Positions 29,364 to 39,748 are shown, numbered from the stretch's first letter. The stretch: DNA of 64,000 nucleotides from Promethearchaeia archaeon (GCA_029856125.1 JAHQWJ010000148.1:1-64000), one strand, 5' to 3'. Made by a program: numbers and translations. The notes: a model not told the origin generated them from the letters alone.

Positions 29364-30125
29364 TTAAATCTCTTCTCGAGAAACTAACACTTGTTTGATT
29401 TTGAAGCATTCTTCTCTATACGGGCATATTTCACAGCCCCAATCGTAATCACAATCAATTCTTTTTTTCCATTCGTCTATTTTCTTTTTCCATTTTTCTT
29501 TTAACTTAGAATGGATATCTGCCGAATGCACAATAAATTGCTCAATAGAGTCTTGATAAGAATTAATGAAAATGATTTCTACTGATTTAATTAAACCTTT
29601 AAATTTTTGTTGATACAGAGAAATTATCGCATTTCCTAAGAATTCGAACGAAAAGCCTTTCTCTAGAGCTGAAGTATTAATTCTACACCAAAACCTACGA
29701 GGAATTGTTCGAATTGAAAACCCTTCGATACCATTTGAGATGAAATTCAAATGTCTTAACTCATCGATTTCCTTATCAGTACCTTTATTGATTCCAATTA
29801 ATACCATCATTCCAAAATCTATGTTCGTCTCTCCTATCGCATTTATTTCTCTCCCTAATAATGTTATTTTTCCGTGCTCAACTAATCGAGCGTCGCTAAT
29901 TGGAAATATAATTGAAAATGATTTTCTATTGACCCCACCAAGCTCTAAACCAGTTTCCTCTCCAAGGATTATTTCTTTGTGGCTATTTAATCCTACTTTT
30001 ATGTTAGAATTATGAACTAAATTGATCTGGTTTGAGTCACATCGATAGGAAAATAAGGTTTTTCCACGATTCTGCTCTTGTTCTAAGAAATCTCTTATCT
30101 TTTCAAGAATAACTTTATTTTCCAT
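29364..30125 (-). CDS. Short CO dehydrogenase/acetyl-CoA synthase beta-subunit-related protein with C-terminal Cys cluster
   Basis: IILGEETGLELGG, GKITLLG, C-terminal CDYDWGCEICPYREEC; adjacent to cooC. Confidence 0.6.
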   Translation of the reverse strand: MENKVILEKIRDFLEQEQNRGKTLFSYRCDSNQINLVHNSNIKVGLNSHKEIILGEETGLELGGVNRKSFSIIFPISDARLVEHGKITLLGREINAIGETNIDFGMMVLIGINKGTDKEIDELRHLNFISNGIEGFSIRTIPRRFWCRINTSALEKGFSFEFLGNAIISLYQQKFKGLIKSVEIIFINSYQDSIEQFIVHSADIHSKLKEKWKKKIDEWKKRIDCDYDWGCEICPYREECFKIKQVLVSREEI

Positions 30126-30328
30126 TAAAATTTTTACCTTATTCAGAATAGTCCAGTATAAAATTATAATAAAGGGGTATTAATCTTTATTTAGGTTTTA
30201 ACCGTTTTTTAAGATTTCTATTACCAATTATGCTTTAAATTAGTACTGCCCAACAAGAAATAGTCTTTTATATTTGGAAGTAGAATAAAAATTAGAAAAA
30301 ACAAAATTACTTGAAAAAATGAATAAAA

Positions 30329-31024
30329 ATGAATTTACATTCTAAAGAGGAGGAAGAGAAAGATCCAACATGTCACCAATGTGATAGTTTTAAATATTGT
30401 GTTAGGGGCAGAGCGAATAATAAGAAAGATAACTGCCCAATGAAGATTTCTCCGGAAATTGAGAAAGAAGCTCTTGAACTGTACGAAAAAGATGATTTCG
30501 TAAAAAGATCAACGGGCGTAGCTTCTATTGTAGAAGCTAAAGGATATATAAAATGGCCTAGATTAAAAGATACGGTTGAATACGCTAAAGGAATGGATTA
30601 TAACAAATTAGGTTTAGCATTCTGTATAGGGTTACACGCTGAAGCAGAACAAATTGCTAAGATTTTAATTGATTATGGTTTTGAGGTCGCATCGGTTTGC
30701 TGTAAAACAGGTAGCGTTCCAAAAACAAAAGTAGGCGTCCCTGAAGAATACACAATGTTTTCTAAGACGGGATATCCTATCGGAACGATTACTTGTAATC
30801 CTGCAGCCCAAGCATTGTTGTTTAATAAGGCTAAAACAGATCTGAATATCATAATCGGTTTATGCGTTGGACACGACATAACTTTTACTCATTTATCGAA
30901 CGCACCAGTTACCACGTTAATCGCAAAGGACAGATCCTCACCTCATAATCCAGCAGCGTGTTTACTCAATCACTATGGAAAAACGTTCTTCTCAATGGAT
31001 CTTAGTGAGATGAAACGAAAATAA
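30329..31024 (+). CDS. DUF1847 family metal-binding protein
   Basis: LGLAFCIGL, SVCCKTG, CNPAAQA, GLCVGHD, PVTTLIAKDR..HNP. Confidence 0.88.
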   Translation: MNLHSKEEEEKDPTCHQCDSFKYCVRGRANNKKDNCPMKISPEIEKEALELYEKDDFVKRSTGVASIVEAKGYIKWPRLKDTVEYAKGMDYNKLGLAFCIGLHAEAEQIAKILIDYGFEVASVCCKTGSVPKTKVGVPEEYTMFSKTGYPIGTITCNPAAQALLFNKAKTDLNIIIGLCVGHDITFTHLSNAPVTTLIAKDRSSPHNPAACLLNHYGKTFFSMDLSEMKRK

Positions 31025-31186
31025 TTTGAAAAAAAGAAGCAAATAGGATAATTGTAGGTAAAACTATTAAAACGATACCTAAGGTCTATTTTATTTCTAT
31101 TTTTTTAAATTTGGTACTTTTATAATAATTTCCAATTTTATTTCGAATAAATTTAAATAGTATATATGAGATAATAGATCGGAGAA

Positions 31187-31309
31187 CTAATTCGAATAAT
31201 TATTCAGCTCGAAAATTAATCGTAAAATTCGTATATTGGAATCCCTTTAGGAGCAAAATAGAGTAAGGTCAAAAAATTTGTTCGAGAATATCAGATAGAT
31301 TCGAATTAG
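31187..31309 (+). promoter_or_regulatory. Long imperfect inverted repeat / structured leader upstream of antiporter
   Basis: CTAATTCGAAT (31187-97) is the exact reverse complement of ATTCGAATTAG (31299-309); inner pairs TATTC/GAATA and CTCGAA/TTCGAG. Confidence 0.45.
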
Positions 31310-31333
31310 GGCTTAACTTCATAATTAGGAAAT

Positions 31334-32308
31334 TTGAGAGAGTATGGATTAATGATTGCTTTAATCATAGCTATTTTCATTCTTATAGGGGGGATTGTTC
31401 TTGTAATCTTTTCAAGTAAATACGCTGTAAAACACTCGGCAATGCTTGCCGTAGCTTTAGGAATATCGCCACTAATAATCGGAGTAACGTTAGTTTCCAT
31501 AGGTACGGATATTTCTGAAATATTTAATTCGATTATTTCTTGTTCTTTAGGTCACGGAGATATTGACGTAGGAGATTCTGTTGGCTCAGACCTTACCCAA
31601 CTCACGTTAGTCTTCGGACTTTTGCCAATAGTTTGCGGCGCGTTTCATATTCATAGAAGAGACATAATAATTCTAGGTTCTTGTGAAGTTTTATCGCTTA
31701 TTGTGATATTTTCAATTGTGGAGAAAGGATATATCACGAGGCTAAACGCAATTTTTATGGTTTTCAGTCTAACTATTTATATTTGGCTGATTTACAGTAC
31801 GAATAAAGATAGCGTTCAACATAGAATAGAACATCTAGACATAGCGCAACCAACTAAGAAAAAAAGATACCATCTCCTAATTGCCGTAATTGGCTTCGGT
31901 GGCGTGACTATTAGCGCATTTGCTATTGTACAATCCGTAATTTTCATATCACAAGCTATAAACATCCACGAATATATTATTAGTTTCTTCATCCTTGCTA
32001 TCGGCACATCCCTTCCAGAGCTTGTAGTTGATATTCACGCTCTCCGAGCTGGTCACCATGGTATAGCTATTGGGGATATTGTTGGTTCTTGTATTGTTGA
32101 TTCTACGCTATCTATTGGCATCGGTCAGGTCTTCTTCCCTCAAGCTGTCACAGCAGAATTAGCAGTTCCAACAGTGTTATATACGCTTATTGTTAGCATA
32201 ATTGTTATTATTACCGTAGCAGTAAGACAGAAAATAGACAAAAAAGCGGGAGTTTTCTTTATTATACTTTATTTTAGTTCTTACTTTATGCTTTTCACTA
32301 TAATTTAA
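31334..32308 (+). CDS. Ca2+/Na+ antiporter (CaCA, YrbG-like)
   Basis: Alpha repeats IGVTLVSIGTDISE and LAIGTSLPEL, GD.VGS twice; ~10 TM. Confidence 0.88.
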   Translation: MREYGLMIALIIAIFILIGGIVLVIFSSKYAVKHSAMLAVALGISPLIIGVTLVSIGTDISEIFNSIISCSLGHGDIDVGDSVGSDLTQLTLVFGLLPIVCGAFHIHRRDIIILGSCEVLSLIVIFSIVEKGYITRLNAIFMVFSLTIYIWLIYSTNKDSVQHRIEHLDIAQPTKKKRYHLLIAVIGFGGVTISAFAIVQSVIFISQAINIHEYIISFFILAIGTSLPELVVDIHALRAGHHGIAIGDIVGSCIVDSTLSIGIGQVFFPQAVTAELAVPTVLYTLIVSIIVIITVAVRQKIDKKAGVFFIILYFSSYFMLFTII

Positions 32309-32568
32309 TCAATATTGAATTTTAGATTAACTGAATTATTTTCAAAATTCATTCAATTATTTTTTAAATTAGTTCTAACGATAAAAAGAAGATTTAATCC
32401 AAATCTTATAAATAACAAGATCTATTTATAGTTTTCAGCCTCATTCTTCTAGAAAAAGAAAACTAGATTAGGAATTATTCCAAAGGCAAAAAATCTTTAT
32501 ATACAATAAGAAACAATCGTTTACATAATAAATTTTTAAATTTATAAAAAAAAACATGATACTGAATT

Positions 32569-34014
32569 ATGAATGAAACAATTGCTTTTACTGAAACTGA
32601 AGTAACAAGACATTCAAAAAAGACATTCCTTTCTAATGCTTCCAGTCTCCTTTGCTCTACTTTAATCGGTTCTATTCAAGGATTTACACTTGTCTATTAT
32701 GAAACTGTTATTGGATTAAATGTGTGGTTAGTCTTTGTCGCCATGAGTATCTTTCTAGTATATAACGGAATTAACGACCCTATTTTTGGTTTTTTAATCG
32801 ATCGGAATTTGAGATTTACGAGAAAATGGGGAAGACGATTTCCATGGATCGCCATAGGCATCATCCCTTGGGCCTTTTCTGTTTTCCTTCACTTCTCAGC
32901 CCCAATTATCGCTACTCCTGCTAATCCTTGGCCTGCTTTTTGGTGGTTATTATTAACATTAGTTTTACTCGACACCTTTGGCACCATTGTGAATATTAAT
33001 TACAAGGCACTTCAAATGGAAAAATTTCGGACGGAGTACGAGCGTAGAAGATTCACAAAATATTATGTACCTCTCGACATTGCAGCAATGGTCCTCGGGA
33101 TGTTATTACCTACCCTTTTCCTTGATAACGAGGCACCAAAAGCCATTCAATTAGCCAATTATTCTTTAATGGGAATAGTCGTCGCCATAGTAGCTCTTCT
33201 TTTTGGTATTTTGTCTCTTTATGGTAACCGTGAGGATAAAATAATGATTGATCGGCATTTTTCACCCGAGTCTGTGAAGCGAATGAATTTTTTTAAAGCC
33301 TTCAAAGAAGCTGTAAAATCGAAAACTTTCATGGTATATTTTATCTTTGGAACGTGTCTTGGAATTCAAATAAGCCTTGTAGTAGTAAATGTGTATTATC
33401 TAACGACTTATGTGTTAAATGCTGGTACCTTAACATATTTTCTTGTTTTAGGTTTATATCTCATAGGTACCTTGGTATCTATTCCTATCTGGCTCAGGTA
33501 TATCAAGAAAATAAATAATAACAAGAAGGCGCTAGTGGTTGCGGGTCTCGCATCGTGTGCTGCGTTATTTCCATTAACATTCTTTTATGGACCTACTGAT
33601 TTAATGATCATGGCATTCATTCTCGGACTCGCCCAAGGAGGCTTAAACTCATACGTATATACTATTATCGGTCCGAGCGTGACTGAGGATGTGATTGTTA
33701 AGATGGGGAGAAATCAAAAAGGAGTTCTCTTCGGGATTTCTGCGTTGCTTGGACGGCTTGTAGCATCTATTGACGAGTTAATTATTGCTGTCATTCATGA
33801 TATTTCAGGATTCCTTCCCGGATATCCTTCTTATAAAGAATTGGCTGCCGTGGTTTTTGACATGACCCGTATTCAAATAGGAATCCGCCTTCTTCAGGGA
33901 GTCATTCCAGCGTATATTTTGCTCATAGGAATTCTGATTATCTGGTTGTATTTCCCTCTAACTCAAGAAAAGATATTAAGTAATAAAGCTAAGATGGAAG
34001 AACTCGGATTTTAA
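32569..34014 (+). CDS. MFS transporter, glycoside-pentoside-hexuronide (MelB-like) family
   Basis: NDPIFGFLIDR..WGRRFPW, ~12 TM. Confidence 0.85.
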   Translation: MNETIAFTETEVTRHSKKTFLSNASSLLCSTLIGSIQGFTLVYYETVIGLNVWLVFVAMSIFLVYNGINDPIFGFLIDRNLRFTRKWGRRFPWIAIGIIPWAFSVFLHFSAPIIATPANPWPAFWWLLLTLVLLDTFGTIVNINYKALQMEKFRTEYERRRFTKYYVPLDIAAMVLGMLLPTLFLDNEAPKAIQLANYSLMGIVVAIVALLFGILSLYGNREDKIMIDRHFSPESVKRMNFFKAFKEAVKSKTFMVYFIFGTCLGIQISLVVVNVYYLTTYVLNAGTLTYFLVLGLYLIGTLVSIPIWLRYIKKINNNKKALVVAGLASCAALFPLTFFYGPTDLMIMAFILGLAQGGLNSYVYTIIGPSVTEDVIVKMGRNQKGVLFGISALLGRLVASIDELIIAVIHDISGFLPGYPSYKELAAVVFDMTRIQIGIRLLQGVIPAYILLIGILIIWLYFPLTQEKILSNKAKMEELGF

Positions 34015-34138
34015 TAATTTAAAACTATTTTTTTTTTTTAATTTAAAAACTACATAATATTACAATAGAAGTAAAAAGAAAGCTCAATTTTGTAAGAGTC
34101 TTACATTAAAAAGATTGTGAAGAATTTAAATGGATTAA

Positions 34139-35488
34139 GTGATTTGTATAACGAGTGAAGAAAACAAGCAAAAACATGGTAGAATCCAAGTGAGAAGAAT
34201 TGGAAAACGAAATATTTTGTCTATTCTCTTCTTAGGAACCGCAGGACAAATAGCCTGGGTTGTTGAAAATAGCTGGTTTAATACATTTGTCTTCGATCGG
34301 ATTACTACCGATCCAACACCCGTTGCGTTGATGGTAGCAGTAAGTGCTATAACTGCTACAATTACCACAATTATAATGGGTATTCTTAGCGATCGAACTT
34401 CTGGGAAATGGGGTAAAAGAAAACCATTCATTGTCTTTGGATATATTCTTTGGGGTATAATAACTGCAATCTATCCTATGGTCGAATGGATTCAAACGAT
34501 TGGGGTTGCTATTTTAATAGTAATCATAACCGATGCAGTCATGACCTTTTTTGGCTCAACCGCAAACGATGCTGCATACAATGCTTGGTTAACTGATATA
34601 GGACATTCGAGTAATCGTAATCGAATACAAAGTATTAATAATATAACTGTATATGTTGCAGCCATATCTTCACTTGTTCTAGCGGGAGTGATTATTGATA
34701 TCTTCGGGTATTTCGTGTTTTTCTATATTTTAGGTGGAGTAGTAACTATTGCTGGTTTGATTGCTACGTTTTTAATTGAATCCACTCCAATAAAAAAAGA
34801 AGATATTAAATTTGAAAAATCTTTTCTTAAAGAATTTGCAGATCTCATAAATCCGAAAATTCTGAAAGAAAATCGGACTCTTTTTTTGCTGTTTCTTAGC
34901 ATGGCTTTAGGAAGTATAGGAGCGAATGTCTACGGACCATACCTCTTTATATTCATGGAACATTACATTGGTTTCTCAAAAACGGAACTAAGTATTTTTG
35001 GGGCGCTTTTCTTGCTTCTCACAGTAGTTATATTAGTTATTGCAGGGATCTATAGTCATCGAGTTAATCGCAAGACTTTAGTCATAATTGGCTCAATCTT
35101 GGGGGCAATGCTAACGATTTTATTAGGGTTAACATCATTATTAGTTGGAGGAAATAGTTCTCTAGCAGTATTGACATTCCTCCTTTATTTTGTGGCAACT
35201 ATACCATCATTACTTTCTTCAGTTGCGTTTGGAGGGTGGCTTTTTGATAATTATCCTGAAGGAAATATTGGAAAATTTCAAGGTATCCGCATGATTTTCA
35301 TGGTACTGATACCTATGGTGTTAGGACCTCCGATTGGATCGGCTATTATCAGCACATTCGGAATCCCTATAGCTGATGGATACATTCCTACACCCGAGAT
35401 ATTCATTTTTGGAGGACTAATTTCCTTGTTGTCAGTGATTCCAATATTTTTTATTAGTAAATCTGAAGGACAAATAAACCTTGATTAG
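34139..35488 (+). CDS. MFS sugar transporter
   Basis: MGILSDRTSGKWGKRKPFI, FFGSTANDAAYNAW, ~12 TM; exact start uncertain. Confidence 0.85.
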   Translation: MICITSEENKQKHGRIQVRRIGKRNILSILFLGTAGQIAWVVENSWFNTFVFDRITTDPTPVALMVAVSAITATITTIIMGILSDRTSGKWGKRKPFIVFGYILWGIITAIYPMVEWIQTIGVAILIVIITDAVMTFFGSTANDAAYNAWLTDIGHSSNRNRIQSINNITVYVAAISSLVLAGVIIDIFGYFVFFYILGGVVTIAGLIATFLIESTPIKKEDIKFEKSFLKEFADLINPKILKENRTLFLLFLSMALGSIGANVYGPYLFIFMEHYIGFSKTELSIFGALFLLLTVVILVIAGIYSHRVNRKTLVIIGSILGAMLTILLGLTSLLVGGNSSLAVLTFLLYFVATIPSLLSSVAFGGWLFDNYPEGNIGKFQGIRMIFMVLIPMVLGPPIGSAIISTFGIPIADGYIPTPEIFIFGGLISLLSVIPIFFISKSEGQINLD

Positions 35489-35534
35489 TTTTGGTGATTT
35501 ATCAACACTTAAAAAAATTAAATCGTCATCTTAT

Positions 35535-35648
35535 CTATTTATTTAGATTACGATTGATTCTTACTACCATCTCGCCCTTACCACGATGGGCCCATGCGTA
35601 ATAAGATATCGCTACAATATCTTTTTCAATTTGTTTCTTTTTGATTTC
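35535..35648 (-). pseudogene. Remnant of the C-terminus of a GH127 (beta-L-arabinofuranosidase/DUF1680) gene
   Basis: Translates EIKKKQIEKDIVAISYYAWAHRGKGEMVVRI, matching the GH127 terminal motif AIPYYAWANRGxGEMxVW; in-frame stop just upstream. Confidence 0.7.
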
Positions 35649-35755
35649 TTAAGATGTCATATTAAAAAAAAATTGAATCGACCTAAGAAGTAAATTTTTA
35701 ACACTTCGAACCATATAATTTATTAATTTTTATTAGATATTAGCAAGGTAAAATT

Positions 35756-37012
35756 ATGGGTAATAAAGAAGAAAATGAATCATCGTCCAAGAAGATTTTG
35801 AAAGAAACAAAAGAAAATGGCGAAATAGCCATGCGAGAGAAGGAAGCTAAAGTTAGAGGGCTTTACGTGAAGATGTTGGAAGATGCCGCGAAGTATGCAG
35901 TGCAGTATGAGTTCTACGCAGAGGACATGAAGGATTTCCACGAAGTAGTGCAATGGAAGTTCGGTCCTATCAGAGGATATCAAGTATTCGACGAAACAGA
36001 GTATTCATTCAAAATCGACGAAGAGGCTGAAGATCCGACCTTAATACTGGGGTGCAAGGATCTTGATCTGGCCTACCAGTTCCTCAACGACGAAATCAGT
36101 CATTGGCCGGCCCTTCTGGGGACTAAGTTCTTGGTTGGCACAAAGGGCCCCGACGGGACTTATAAGGAAAAGAGAATTGGAAAGTTAACTGGTTTTGCCC
36201 CCGGCAATGCCCCTAGGTTGAGTACCGCAAAAGAGAATGCCCCCCCCGAGCAAAAAAGATTGTCTTCTCGTCTGTTGAGAATACCCGTGTTTCGGCCGAT
36301 CATGGAGCGAACCACAGATCCCGAGAACTCGAACGACGTTCGCATTCCAATCAATGAGTCCTTGGGTACATATGAGAACCAGTCGATACCGCTCGCAGTT
36401 CTCGAATACTTCATAAACAAGGCAAGTGACGTCTATATCTTCAATATGTGCCCGTGTCGCTCGCTCGCCAATTGCGAGAATTATGACCATTCCATCGGAT
36501 GCATGGCCCTGGGTAAGGGGGCCCTGAGGATGAATACCTTTGGAAGGATCGGTACCAAAGAAGAGGCATTGGAACGATCGCGACGTGCTGTTGCTGCTGG
36601 TCTCCTGCCTTCTCTGGGGAGAGTCAAATCCGATACGATCGTCTATAGGGCTTTGCCTGAACAGGGCGATCTGATGCATATTTGCTTCTGTTGCCCCTGT
36701 TGCTGTGTCGAGGGCTCTGGAAAGGACTCGCCAAGGTATCTAAGGCTGTGGCATCAGAAGATGGAGGGTGTGTCCGTCACGGTCAATGAGGATCTCTGTA
36801 ATGGATGCGAGCTATGCCTCGAGGTGTGCATATACGGTGGAATGGAGGTCATCGACCACATAGCCGTGATTGACCGGGAGGGCAAGGATCACTGCAGAGG
36901 CTGCGGAAGGTGCGAGAGGGTATGCCCCACTGGAGCGATAACCATCACCATCGAGGATGATGGTGTGGAGAGGATGATTGCTCGCATAGAGTCCTCCGTC
37001 GACGTCAGCTAG
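35756..37012 (+). CDS. SCP2-like domain fused to Cys-rich 4Fe-4S ferredoxin protein; GC-rich
   Basis: VQWKFG..GYQVF..DPTL N-domain; CPCR, ICFCCPCCC, CNGCELCLEVC, CRGCGRCERVCP. Confidence 0.75.
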   Translation: MGNKEENESSSKKILKETKENGEIAMREKEAKVRGLYVKMLEDAAKYAVQYEFYAEDMKDFHEVVQWKFGPIRGYQVFDETEYSFKIDEEAEDPTLILGCKDLDLAYQFLNDEISHWPALLGTKFLVGTKGPDGTYKEKRIGKLTGFAPGNAPRLSTAKENAPPEQKRLSSRLLRIPVFRPIMERTTDPENSNDVRIPINESLGTYENQSIPLAVLEYFINKASDVYIFNMCPCRSLANCENYDHSIGCMALGKGALRMNTFGRIGTKEEALERSRRAVAAGLLPSLGRVKSDTIVYRALPEQGDLMHICFCCPCCCVEGSGKDSPRYLRLWHQKMEGVSVTVNEDLCNGCELCLEVCIYGGMEVIDHIAVIDREGKDHCRGCGRCERVCPTGAITITIEDDGVERMIARIESSVDVS

Positions 37013-37087
37013 GGGGATGCCAGGTTGTCATAAAGCATATAAATGCTATATATAATAGGAATAGTTTTTAAGAAAAATGATGTGAAT

Positions 37088-38218
37088 TTATGGTTCAAAT
37101 TTTTCTACGATTTTGGAAACTTTCTTTAACCTTCTCCCATCTCCAATGCACAATTCGTCGCTTATTCCGAGGATTAGGTTTGGAGAAAATAAGTCAAGGA
37201 CTTTTTTTGTCAGGTCTATTAATCTCGATTCTTTAAATTCTCGCAAGAATAAGGTAGCTGGAATTCCGTCGACGAGTATTTTTCCAGAATCCCCTAATGC
37301 TCTTGCAATATCTTCCAAAGGCACATCTCCTAGAGGTGGTGGGGTTAACGCCTCGTATCCGTCAAAAGACATCGTGGAGAGATAGGGTAATAACTGTTTG
37401 AAAGAACCATCAATGTGAATGAAGGCAAACTTCCTTGCGTCGTGTAGTAATTTAACGCGGGTTTCATAATAATCCAAGAGGTATTTTTCAAAATATGGCG
37501 GAGACGATAAATTATGATCAATATTTTCTCCAAAATTTACGAGTTTTAAAGGGGATTTTGTTATCACTCGTTTATACTTCTTTAGATCAATGGATTCGAG
37601 ATGGTGAAAGAAATCCTCCATTTCATGCTTGTATTTTCGTAAAAAGATTATCGTTCTTTCAAAGCCGAGATAATTAAGAACGCATTTCATGTAAGGACTT
37701 CGAAAATAATAGCTTGTTGGGATGCCAAAACCTTCCATTTCCTTTTTAGCTTTCTCGTACATGACATTTGAGAAATTAAATTCAGTTTGATCCTCGAGAT
37801 ACATCATTACTTTAAGATCCTTAATTTTTTTGACGGGAAAATCAATTATTCGAGTATCTTTTTCAACATGAGATACTTCCCCTACCGGTGTTATCATTTT
37901 TATAAGATATGTTTTGTAGTTCAATCGTTTCCTAATTGTTTTTATTTGGTGATTCGGTTTTCTAGTTTCGTGAAATAAAGGATAACCAAAAGTTTCTTGA
38001 GGATATCGAATTGAACCATTAATGTCCTTATAGATTTCCTTGATATTTTTTCCGATGTACTCTTTTGGCACATATTTTTCAACGGCAGGGTATTTTTCGG
38101 GAGTAAGTGATTGAATTCTATTACTATTATACCAATACATTATTCGAGGTTGCCATACAATCCCATCGATGGATTCGTGTGCGAATGTCCGCAAAATTAA
38201 TTTGGCAAAATCAATCAC
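37088..38218 (-). CDS. Uroporphyrinogen decarboxylase-like / MtaA-type methyltransferase-fold protein
   Basis: WQPR, FGENI, FIHIDG, EALTPPP.GDV, LILGISD. Confidence 0.65.
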   Translation of the reverse strand: MIDFAKLILRTFAHESIDGIVWQPRIMYWYNSNRIQSLTPEKYPAVEKYVPKEYIGKNIKEIYKDINGSIRYPQETFGYPLFHETRKPNHQIKTIRKRLNYKTYLIKMITPVGEVSHVEKDTRIIDFPVKKIKDLKVMMYLEDQTEFNFSNVMYEKAKKEMEGFGIPTSYYFRSPYMKCVLNYLGFERTIIFLRKYKHEMEDFFHHLESIDLKKYKRVITKSPLKLVNFGENIDHNLSSPPYFEKYLLDYYETRVKLLHDARKFAFIHIDGSFKQLLPYLSTMSFDGYEALTPPPLGDVPLEDIARALGDSGKILVDGIPATLFLREFKESRLIDLTKKVLDLFSPNLILGISDELCIGDGRRLKKVSKIVEKFEP

Positions 38219-38421
38219 TTTAGCAAATTAGGACCGGATAGAATATAAAGTTACTTTATAAGGATACTGTATTTTTATTTTTGAACCTTTGATTTTCTGG
38301 AAATTATTCGCTCTAACTCAAGAAATCTTTTTGAAGTAAAACCAAGTCTGAAGAATTAAATTTATAATATTTCACCTCATATTATTTATTAATTTTAATT
38401 AGGAAATATTAAAGTGGGAAA

Positions 38422-39594
38422 ATGGTAGAAAATAAAGCTGAAATTGAATCATTGTTTAAAAATATGCTAAAAGAAACTGAAAAAAACGCTCCAAAAGACG
38501 CGATTTATCAGGAGGACATTAAAACTATCGGAACGCTTAAAGTCCAGTGGAAGATTTGTGGTATTTTGGGATATCAAATCTTCGAGCAAGATAAAGTCTC
38601 CTACAAATTTGGAGAAAAATTAGAAAAGCCAGATATATCGTTAGTTATTAGAGATAGCGAGATATCACTCACTTTCTTAAAGGGAGAACTCTTTGAATTT
38701 GATTACGGCCCGGCTTATGGCGGTAATTTTAAAATCAATCAAACTATCGGATGGAAAGAGATTGAAAAAGAAACGGGTAAAAAAAATGCTAGGATAAATA
38801 AACCTTTCCTGACAGCCCGATTTAACAAAGAAAAAGAATACCATCCTTATGTCTTATCAAAAATACCTATTTTTAGAAAACTTGTAACACAACGAGTATC
38901 AGAAGATGATTTTGGAGCATTTATACCTATCAATAAAGCTCTTGGAACATATGAAAGTCAAATCATTCCTCTCAAGGTTTTTAAACATTTTATTGATAAA
39001 GCGAGTAATATTGTCAAGATGAATGACTGTCCTTGTAGAACATACCATGAATGTAAAGATCACAATCGTGATCTAGGATGTATGCACATGGGTAATGATA
39101 CGTTAAATTTCCCTTCACCCCATTTCAGGAGTAAAGTTATTTCGAAGGAGGAAGCCTTAGAACATGTTAGACTTTGCATTGAGGACGGTTTAATTCCATT
39201 ACTCGGTAGAGTAATGGATGAAGCTGAGGGGTTTGGAGTTCCAGATACGGGACATTTCTTATCAATGTGTTTTTGCTGTCCTTGTTGCTGTATAGATGGT
39301 ACTATCGTACAAAATGCCTCAAAAGGTCTAACTACGATTTTTAAAAGGATGGAGGGTATCACTGTGAAAGTTGACGAAGACCTTTGTGTTGGTTGTGAAG
39401 AATGTTTCGAGGTTTGTGTCTTTAATGGGATGGAAATGATTGATAACAAGGCTGTAGTGAACCAGGACAACTGCTTAGGCTGTGGCAGATGTGAAACCAC
39501 TTGTCCTAACGAAGCCATCTCTATAACTATTACAGATCTTAGTTACGTTGATAATTTGATTAAAAAATTAGAAGCCCATGTTGATGTTACCTAA
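38422..39594 (+). CDS. SCP2-like domain plus 4Fe-4S ferredoxin protein (native-GC paralog of 35756-37012)
   Basis: VQWKICG..GYQIF..KPDISL; CPCR, MCFCCPCCC, CVGCEECFEVC, CLGCGRCETTCP. Confidence 0.78.
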   Translation: MVENKAEIESLFKNMLKETEKNAPKDAIYQEDIKTIGTLKVQWKICGILGYQIFEQDKVSYKFGEKLEKPDISLVIRDSEISLTFLKGELFEFDYGPAYGGNFKINQTIGWKEIEKETGKKNARINKPFLTARFNKEKEYHPYVLSKIPIFRKLVTQRVSEDDFGAFIPINKALGTYESQIIPLKVFKHFIDKASNIVKMNDCPCRTYHECKDHNRDLGCMHMGNDTLNFPSPHFRSKVISKEEALEHVRLCIEDGLIPLLGRVMDEAEGFGVPDTGHFLSMCFCCPCCCIDGTIVQNASKGLTTIFKRMEGITVKVDEDLCVGCEECFEVCVFNGMEMIDNKAVVNQDNCLGCGRCETTCPNEAISITITDLSYVDNLIKKLEAHVDVT

Positions 39595-39748
39595 TCTGTT
39601 AGTACGTTTAGTTATTCAAAGGATATTTTGATGTTATTTTTTTCTCTTTTTTTTCAAAATCTTATTTGATCCTTTTAACGAATAGTTATTTTAATTTTGA
39701 AGTTTAACTACACCTATATATAGAAAAAATTAATTTTAGGTTAACTAC

